NCBI GenBank assembly: GCA_900769665.1
Contig: CAAGHL010000058.1
Span: 6,651 to 70,650, forward strand
DNA from: Clostridia bacterium
Lineage (GTDB): Bacteria; Bacillota; Clostridia; Christensenellales; CAG-314
DNA length: 64,000 nucleotides
Direction of reading: 5' to 3'
The translations under genes were made by a program, and so were the position numbers. The notes under the pieces are model-generated. The model worked only from the letters and a program-made list of their open reading frames with translations. It was not told the DNA's origin and did no database searches. Below are positions 20,137-29,000 of the stretch, in pieces (position 1 is the stretch's first letter; the number at the start of each line of letters is the position of its first letter).

Positions 20137-20165
20137 TTGACAGTCGATGTTTGACAACCTAAAAT
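20137..20165 (+). promoter_or_regulatory. Sigma-70/SigA-type promoter candidate P1
   Basis: TTGACA (20137-20142), 17-nt spacer, TAAAAT (20160-20165). Confidence 0.5.
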
Positions 20166-20202
20166 ATATCTTGCATAAAAAGACAACTGACGGTTGTCAA
20201 GC
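20149..20202. promoter_or_regulatory. Inverted repeat / GACAAC half-site cluster (candidate operator)
   Basis: TTGACAACC (20151-20159) and GGTTGTCAA (20192-20200) are perfect inverted copies 32 nt apart. A third GACAAC at 20182-20187 forms a short hairpin with 20193-20198. Confidence 0.4.
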
Positions 20203-20218
20203 TAATAACGGCAAGATG

Positions 20219-20247
20219 TTGAAACGCTTGTTGTCGTTGTGTAAAAT
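20219..20247 (+). promoter_or_regulatory. Sigma-70/SigA-type promoter candidate P2
   Basis: TTGAAA (20219-20224), 17-nt spacer, TAAAAT (20242-20247), 20 nt upstream of ATG 20267. Confidence 0.45.
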
Positions 20248-20266
20248 GTGATACAAGGAGTGTCAA

Positions 20267-21853
20267 ATGAAAGAAGTCATATTTGGAAACGTAATAAGAG
20301 ATTTGCGTAAATCTCAACAAATGTCGCAGGAGGAATTTGCCGAAAGCTTAAACGTGAGCAAACAAGCGGTGCAAAAATGGGAAAACGGTGCAAGTATTCC
20401 CGATATTTCTCATTTACTGCTTATTCATGAAAAATTCGGTATTAGCCTCGATAGATTGTTTTTCGGTGCAAGCGAAAACAATGTGCAAGCAATACGTTTT
20501 TTGCCTGTCAATCCAGACTATGCTACCCGTTCGTTTTGGGACGAGTACAGCCAAAATTTGCTTATCGACTACCGACAATCGACGGAGGAAGGCAAAGATA
20601 TTGCCGCATACAAAAGTCTTATCGAATGTGTAGACGGATTGCCGAACGGCAATGCAAAGCACGACATGTCTGACATCATATACCGCTTGATTGCCGATGC
20701 GCCCGAGCGTGACGGGTACTTATTTGTCGAACCCTCCGACTACGACGGCATAGTTGCTTTAAGCAATGCAAAAACCGACTCAAAGCCGTTAAACGTAGAC
20801 AAAAACAAGCTTGAAGGTGCATTTACGGGACGTATCGTCGGTTGCCTTCTCGGCAAACCGGTGGAGGGCGTTACTCGCGAGGGCATACGCGCAATATTGC
20901 GTGCAAGCGACAATTACCCGATAAAGCGATATATCACTACCAATGATATTATCCCCGAAGTGCCTTTTTCCGATTGCTACTGCGTCGATCGGGTTGAAGA
21001 ATACCCGTTTTCCGACGACGACATCGATTACACTGTGCTTGCACAACGTGTTGTGGACAAATACGGTGCCGACTTTACCGCCGAAAATGTAATCGCCACT
21101 TGGTGCGATCTTGTGCCTCGCAATGTATTTTGCACTGCGGAGCGTGTTGCGTTCAAAAACTACACAGACGGTTACATGCCGCCGTACACTGCAATGCACC
21201 AAAACGCTTTTCGCGAGTGGATCGGCGCACAGATACGTGCCGATTACTACGGCTACATTTGCCCCGGCGATCCTTTCACTGCGGCGGCTATGGCATTTCG
21301 CGATGCGTCGGTATCACACACTAAAAACGGCATTTACGGCAGTATGTATGTGGCTGCGTTGATTGCCGTTGCCGCACGTACGTCAAATATGGAGGAAGCT
21401 ATCGGCGAAGCATTGCAATACATTCCTACGACGTCGCGTATGTACAAGGCGATTAACGGCGTGTTGAAGGATTACTCCGGCGGAGTGACGGAACAAAAAT
21501 GTTTCGACAAAATTTTTGCCGAGTACGACGATTCCGACGTGCATTGCTGGCTGCATGTAATATGCAACGCAATGATTGTAACTGCTGCGTTGTTGTACGG
21601 CAATAAGGATTTTACTCGCACATTGTCGCTTGCCGTATCGGCAGGATACGACACCGACTGCAACGGTGCTACTTGCGGTTCGGTATTGGGCATGATGTGC
21701 GGCATGGAGTGTATTGCGCCCTCTTGGACAGCTGTATTGCGCGGCGGTACACGTACCGACGTACGAGCAAGTGAAAACGTAAAAATTACGGAGTTTGTTC
21801 AAACTGCCGTAAAACATGCAAACATTATAAACAAGGAGGCGAAGAACAAATGA
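20267..21853 (+). CDS. XRE-family HTH fused to an ADP-ribosylglycohydrolase (ARH/DraG-fold) domain (528 aa)
   Basis: HTH MSQEEFAESLNVSKQAVQKWENGASIPD. ARH-family hallmarks GCLLGKPVEG, SDDDIDYT and GYDTDCNGATCGSVLG. AAGGAG lies 6 nt before the ATG. Confidence 0.85.
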   Translation: MKEVIFGNVIRDLRKSQQMSQEEFAESLNVSKQAVQKWENGASIPDISHLLLIHEKFGISLDRLFFGASENNVQAIRFLPVNPDYATRSFWDEYSQNLLIDYRQSTEEGKDIAAYKSLIECVDGLPNGNAKHDMSDIIYRLIADAPERDGYLFVEPSDYDGIVALSNAKTDSKPLNVDKNKLEGAFTGRIVGCLLGKPVEGVTREGIRAILRASDNYPIKRYITTNDIIPEVPFSDCYCVDRVEEYPFSDDDIDYTVLAQRVVDKYGADFTAENVIATWCDLVPRNVFCTAERVAFKNYTDGYMPPYTAMHQNAFREWIGAQIRADYYGYICPGDPFTAAAMAFRDASVSHTKNGIYGSMYVAALIAVAARTSNMEEAIGEALQYIPTTSRMYKAINGVLKDYSGGVTEQKCFDKIFAEYDDSDVHCWLHVICNAMIVTAALLYGNKDFTRTLSLAVSAGYDTDCNGATCGSVLGMMCGMECIAPSWTAVLRGGTRTDVRASENVKITEFVQTAVKHANIINKEAKNK

Positions 21854-23034
21854 ACAAAAAGCAAAAAGTTGCGGCCATTGTAGTCGCATGCGTTTTGTTG
21901 ACATGTTCGGTTGTCGCATTAGTCGTTACGGCTGTTGCGTCTACGGCGGATACTTTTGTGGTGCTGACCCCGTATTGGAAGGAAAACTTCGAGCGTTTTG
22001 CGACAAATCAATCGTATGTCAAACAAGCGTTGTATCTCAATGGTGCAAACGGCATAATCACTGCGGAAAAAAGCAAGGTGATAACGGGCGAGCGTAGTTT
22101 GCTTGTTAGCGGTGACGAAGCGGAAAACGTTGTCGACATCAAGTACGGTACTCTCAATTTGATTGACGGCTCGTACACGCTTAGCATGAACGTGCGTCCG
22201 ATCAAGGCTACGTCATTGACGATTGCCGTACGTAAAAACTATTTGACGGAAAACGCCGATAGTTTTCTCGCTCGGAAACAACTTGCCCTAACGACAAATG
22301 AGGCAGGCGCGGTTACTGCTGTTGCTGACAACGGTATACAAGTGGGTAAAGCGGAAGTCAAGTCGGAGGACGGCGTAGTGTCGCTGACGATAGAGTTTAC
22401 AAAAAACAATACCGACGCATTTGTGTACGTTGCTTTTGGCGGCGAAGGCGAAACGAGTATGGTGATCGACGACATAGTCGTCTACAATCATGCCACATCT
22501 CAAAAGGTGGCAATCAAAGATATCGACGAAAATTACAACAATGCAGACGTCAATCAATCTGTTTTTCAGATGACACATTTTTGGTGTAACTTCGGCGATA
22601 TGATCTGGGACACCAACAACTTCAACAATACAAACAGTGTATTGTACAAGGGTACGTATTACAATTCCAACGGTGACAATATTTTCCTTGGCGGATTGAC
22701 TGCCGACGAATGGACAACCAAGGGTAACACGACCTATCGTTACCAAGTAGATATCGGATTGGAAGATATTTCCACATTGGTATTTACCACTCTCGACAAT
22801 CGCGGTACGGGACAAACATACAGCGAGATTACGTATAGTCGCGGCAGCTGGATAGTGACTGCGAAGGGTGGTATAACGAACTTTACCGCCGAAAAAATGA
22901 ATGGTTTTTGGCGTTTGTCTTGGAATAGACTTACTTCGGACATAGGTAAAGACGAACACTACATGTTTGCTACAAGCGGCGAAGGCGTCGAAGGCAAAAT
23001 TTGGATAGACAATTTTGTCGTTGCGCATTTTTAG
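21850..23034 (+). CDS. N-terminally membrane-anchored protein with two CBM-like beta-sandwich modules (394 aa)
   Basis: ATGA overlap with the regulator stop. AAGGAGG RBS. TM segment VAAIVVACVLLTCSVVALVVTAV. Two modules each end in a CBM4/9-style strand (MVIDDIVVY, IWIDNFVVA). Confidence 0.75.
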   Translation: MNKKQKVAAIVVACVLLTCSVVALVVTAVASTADTFVVLTPYWKENFERFATNQSYVKQALYLNGANGIITAEKSKVITGERSLLVSGDEAENVVDIKYGTLNLIDGSYTLSMNVRPIKATSLTIAVRKNYLTENADSFLARKQLALTTNEAGAVTAVADNGIQVGKAEVKSEDGVVSLTIEFTKNNTDAFVYVAFGGEGETSMVIDDIVVYNHATSQKVAIKDIDENYNNADVNQSVFQMTHFWCNFGDMIWDTNNFNNTNSVLYKGTYYNSNGDNIFLGGLTADEWTTKGNTTYRYQVDIGLEDISTLVFTTLDNRGTGQTYSEITYSRGSWIVTAKGGITNFTAEKMNGFWRLSWNRLTSDIGKDEHYMFATSGEGVEGKIWIDNFVVAHF

Positions 23035-23044
23035 GAGAATGACT

Positions 23045-26000
23045 ATGAAAAAAATAACTTCAATAATATTGGTTTGTGCGTTGCTGATGGCAGTTATCGC
23101 CGTCCCGACCGCGTTGTTGTTTGACGATTGGACAAACGTGGCTTATGCGGCAATCAATGTCAAGTCTACGCTTTCTGCCGAAACTTTTACTTCTGAAGAC
23201 GGGACAAAATTACCGTACAGATTTTACAAGCCCGACGATTACAGCGAAACGAACAGTTACAAGCTATTGCTGTTGCTGCATGGCAAGGACGAACGCGGCA
23301 TGGACAACGAAGCACAAGTGACTCGGCGTGACGCTATGCCTTTTGTCCAAAAAATACTTGCGGACAAACAGTTGAAAAAACAATATTTCATTGTAGTGCC
23401 GCAATGTTCTACGACGGACGTATGGGCAAACGTGGCGGCAGACGGCAGTTACGTTTACAATGCCGACGAACAAACCGCCGCGCAAAAAGCCGTCTTCGAG
23501 TTGTTGATGGACATTGTTAAAAAATATTCCGTGGATATGGCACGTTTGTACGTGACAGGCTACGACAACGGCGCATACGGTGTGTATGATATGCTTGCTC
23601 GATATCCGGGATTGTTTGCGGCGGCACTGCCTATGTCGGGCGGCGCAGACGTCAACCAATACAAGGCAGCGGAAGAAACCGCATTGTGGGCATTCCACAG
23701 CGCAGACGATGTCAGCGGCGGTTACGGACAAAACTTGGCAATGGTGCGCAAGTTGGAATCCATCGGCGCAGGCGTATTGTATACTGAATTCAAGACCGTA
23801 GGTCACAATGCATGGAAGCAAGGTTACACTAACGAAAACGCATTCGAGTGGATGGACGCTCAATGTCGTCGAAATGTGTACTACCAACGCCGTTTAATTA
23901 CTCCCGACAACACGACGAATGGTAAAAATTACACGTTTTTACGTAACGTAGCTAAATTCGGCGCACACAAATCCAACGTAATGGCTCCTACGGGTGGCGG
24001 CGACAAGGACTTGTTTAAGGCAATGACCGATGGTTTGATTACCGCTTCTTACGACACATACACAGGCGATTACACCGACCACGATGATTACTTCGGCTAC
24101 GAATTTGCGTCGAATTACACCTTCAAAAAGGTGGTATTTACAAGCGGCGCAGTGGCTAACGGCGGAGGTTTGTTCGGCGGCGGTGCAAAGGTGCAAGCAC
24201 TTGTAAACGGACAATGGACGGACGTAGTGTTGACGGGTGAAAATCCCTATCCTGTGTTGGGTAACGGCGAAGCAATCGACGTTGAAACCTACAAGGGCTT
24301 TACCGCATATACATTCGAGTTTGAGCCCATTCAAGCTAATGGTATTCGCATTGTCGGAAAAGCCGGCGGTAACGAGCGTTGGACGTCCGTTTCGGAAATG
24401 GAAGTTTATGCCGAATCGACGGTTTTAGACGGCAACATGGCGGCAATCGGAGCACCTAATGTGGACGAAGTGTGGCAATGGAGTACCGACTACTCCAAGG
24501 GACGTGACATTACGCTGATTATCAACGGCGTACTCAATGACAGTTTCGACAACTACGGTTGGAATTTCCAACACGATACAGGTATTTACTATACCTACAA
24601 CGATCTTCACTATTTCAACAAATTGGTGTACACCGAAGGACAGCACTGGGACGAGGGAGGCGGTTGGTTTGCCGAAGGCGTAACGATAAAGGTGCGCAAA
24701 AACGGTGTTTGGACGGCAGTGGAGCTTGAAGAGAGTAGCTCCGATTATCCCGTTGTCGCACAAGAAGAAAAGGCGCCCTTCGACGGTTTTGTTACTTATA
24801 CCTTCAACTTTAACGCAACCGAGGGCGATGCGGTAGGTATCTTCGGCAAGGCAGGCGGCAATCAACACTTTGTGTCTTGTGCGGAACTTGCCGTGTATTC
24901 TGCGGACGTGTCCCCATACGAGGAACCGACAGTCTCCGTCAAGCCTTTCGAGTACTGGCAAATGGCAACAAACGTTACTTACAAGGGTACAGCAATCGTG
25001 TCGGAAACCAATCCTCAAGGCATCGGTTCTCGCGATTACGCAACGGTAATGAACAATGGTTTCTACAATGCCGCAGGTGACAGTTACGACACTTACAACG
25101 GCGATTTCAGTAGACACGACGCATGGTTCGGGTACACTTTTGCCGAGGAACAAATTTTTAACAGTCTTATCTACCAAGTCGGAACATGCTTCGACGGCGG
25201 CGGTATGTTTGCAGGTGGCGCGCGTATTCAAGTGCGTGTAAACGGTGTGTGGACGGACGTTCCCCTGACCACCTCAAATCCCTATCCCGTACTTGCCGAG
25301 GGCGCAAAAATCGACATTAATCAACACCCCGGTTACGAAATTTACCAATTCTTCTTTGCTCCTACCAAGGGCGACGGCGTGCGCGTAATAGGTAGTGCGG
25401 GCGGTGATCAACACTGGTCTTCCGTTGCGGAATTGGTTGTATTTGCAGTAGAAAACGTTACCGATGGTAATGTGAGCGGTACGGCATTGCCCATGGCAAG
25501 CACCGCGCCTAACGGAAGTTCCTGCAACCCTGATCTCGGCGTCATTGTGGACGGCGAAACAAGCGGCGGAAATAAGAATCAATACGACACTTATCAACCC
25601 AATAAGACGGCATGTCAAGAGTGGTATGCGCTAAGCTTCGGACAAACGCACACGTTTACTCAACTTCGCTTTACGGAAGGTATGCACTTTGCTACCCAAG
25701 GCGGTTGGTTCAGCGGCGGAGTAAAGGTTCAGGCTTGCGTTGACGGCGTTTGGAAGGATGTCGAATTGACTACTGCTAACCCCTATCCCGTAATTGAAGG
25801 AACGGCGGATATCGCCGAAAGTCTTTACTCCGCATTTACCACATATGTATTCGATTTCAAGCCGATTACGGCGACGGCGGTACGTATCGTCGGCAATGCG
25901 GGCGGTCTGTCGTACTTTACTTCCTGTGCGGAATTAAGCGTTACTTGTACCGATGTGGACAACTACGAAGGCAAACTGTCCAATTACAAATTTGTTTACG

Positions 26001-29000
26001 ACAAGTCTGTTACCTACACTGACGAAAAAATCCGCGACCTTATCGAAGCGGGTTGGCTTGGTCAAATGTACGGTGTAGTGTGGGGCGCACCCATCGAATT
26101 CAGTTACAAGGGACGTATGGTTCCCGATGAGGAAATACCCGACAGATTGTCTTTAAATCTCAACGACGCATTTGCGCAAGATGACCTATACGTGGAATTG
26201 CCATTTATCAACGCTCTTAATACGGAGGGCATCGACGTATCGGTGGAAACACTCGGAGATTACTTCCGTGATACGGCATTCCCCTTGTGGCACGGAAACG
26301 ACGTGGCGCGTACCAACTTAAATGCGGGTATTCCTGCGCCGTTGTCCGGTAGTTATTTGTACAACTCTTGTTGTGACGACATTGACTGGCAAATCGAAGC
26401 TGACTTTGTCGGTATGATGAATCCCGGTGCGGTTAATCGCGCAGTGGACTTGGGTTTCCGTTACGGACATGTTATCGGTTACGGTGATGGCGCATACGGA
26501 GGGTCGCACGTTTCGGCAATGCATGCCAAAGCGTATGTGGCTAAAAACGTAACTTCCGTTGTTGTTACGGGTATTCAATCGGTCCCCAAGGGAACAAAGT
26601 ATCGTGCGATACTCGACGATGTGTACGATATGTACGTCAATGACGTCAGCTTTGTAGATGCATGGCAACGCATCGAAGACAAGTGGGTAGGCGACGACAG
26701 ATGTCCTCGTGAAGGCTTCGGTCCTACGGCGGCATTCAACATCGACGCCAAACTTGCAGGCGGTTACATCGTAATGGGTATGTTGTACGGTTTGGGCGAC
26801 TTGGAGGAATCCATGCGTCTTGCCATCAAGTGCGGACAAGACAACGACTGTACGCCAAGCACAATCGGTAGTATACTCGGCAACTACTACGGAACTTCCG
26901 TATTCCGCAAGAGTCTTGTGAACAAAATAGACTACAACAACAAATTTTTGTACACTGACGATACGTTACATACGGCTATCGACAAAGTGTTCGAGCTTGC
27001 TAAACTACAAATCGTACAGGCAGGCGGCAAGGTGGAAAACGGAGTGTGGACATTGCCCGAAGAACAAGAAATAGTCACTCCTGAAGTGGAACAGTGGCCG
27101 GATATGCCGAGTATGGACGTTTCCCTCGGTCAAGCCGACAAAAACGTTACGGGCAAAGTCGTGTCTTATCACAAAGACGGTATCGAATCGGTTACTTGGG
27201 ATTTTGGCGACGGTACGATTATGTCTACCAAAGACAGTGTTCAAGGAAATAAGCGCGTTACCGCGGGCGAACAAACCAAGGAAATCAAACCTATCGACAA
27301 AAACAAAACCTACAACATATTGTTTATAGGCAACAGTTACACCTACTACAACCATATGACGGGCATGTTTAAGCGTATTGCCGAAAGTATGGGATACAGT
27401 GTGGATATAGACCAAATAGTACACGGCGGTCACCGTTTGGGCGAGTACGCCGATCCTAACGACAACGCAAATACGGGCGACTACGACGGTAGTGGCAAGG
27501 ACGTTTACGCCGCACTTACCGGAAACAAAAAGTACGACTACGTGTTTATACAAGAGTATGACGCAGGCGCAATGACATCGACGTCCAACTTCGATGTGGC
27601 GGCAACCACGTTAGTTCAACTTATTCGTCAACATGGCGCAACGCCCGTCTTGTATGAAACATGCGGCAAGCATCCTGACGACTACTGGGTGAGTAAGTTG
27701 GGTACTACCAACTTCAAGATGACGTGGGATATTGCTCGTGCAAACCAACAAGTTGCGGACAAACTCAATGTGGCGGTGTCCTACGCAGGACGTGCGACGT
27801 ATTTGGTATTCCAGGACAACAAAGTCAACAATATCGATTTGTACCACACCGACCTCAATCACCCGTCGTTTGCAGGCAGCTACCTGATCGCACTTACTCA
27901 TTTTGCAACAGTGTTCGGTTGCGATCCTACGGAAGTAAAATACGTGCCTACGCCGTCGGATGACATCATCACAAGTTACGACAAGACATGTTCGACCGTC
28001 GGTCAAAACATTACTTCGGAAGTAGCGTCAACGTTAAAGCAGGCTGCAAAAGACGCAGTGTTCTTTACTCCGCAAATACCGTCCTCTTACGAAGGCATAG
28101 AAAGCGGAACGGAACTCGGCGGAACGTATGTAAACGTAAATCACACCTACAAACTGTTGGGTAATTACACTGTAACGCTTACGATAGTCGGCAAAAACGG
28201 CACCGTTGCTACGCGAAAGTTTGACGTAAACGTCACTCTTAGCAACAATCTCGCTTCCGTCGGTACGCCGATCGTGTCGGTAGAAAAGCCCGAAGGCGTC
28301 GGCAGTAAGGACATCGGAGTAATTTGCGACGGAGTGTACGGCAACGGTAATTCCACACAATACGACACTTACAAGGGTGTTAAGACCAACGACTACGATT
28401 ATTTTGGGTATTTGTTCGCCGCGCCTCAGGTAGTCAATACCGTGGAATACACGGCAGGCACTTACTTCGCTAACGGCGGAGGCTGGTTTGCCAACGGCGA
28501 TGTGAAGATTCAAGCATTGCTAAACGGCACTTGGACGGACGTTGCATTGACAAACGACCCGGGCTATCCCGTAGGCGACGATCACACTATGGGCAAACAG
28601 TATGCTACTTACACCTTCAAGTTTGCCGATACTACTTGCGACGGAATACGTATTTACGGACGCGCAGGCGGACCGCAAAAGTTTGCATCGTGTTCGGAAT
28701 TGAAGGTATTCGGAGTGGTTACACCGAGCTTCGCGGCGGACAATGTAGACGTTAAAGTCAATGATGGTGCAAAACTTACGTTTGACAGCAAGAATCTGTA
28801 CGTGACGGAAGTTAAACTGAACGACGCTGTGATAGACATTGCAGACTACACGCTTACGGCCAATACGTTGACGTTTGACTCGGCGTTTTTGGACAAGCAT
28901 ATCGGATTAAACACAGTAACGTTGGTGTTGGAAAACGGTCAAACTATCCAAACGACATTGAATGTCGCTACCGACGGCACAAAACTTGCAAATAAGATTA

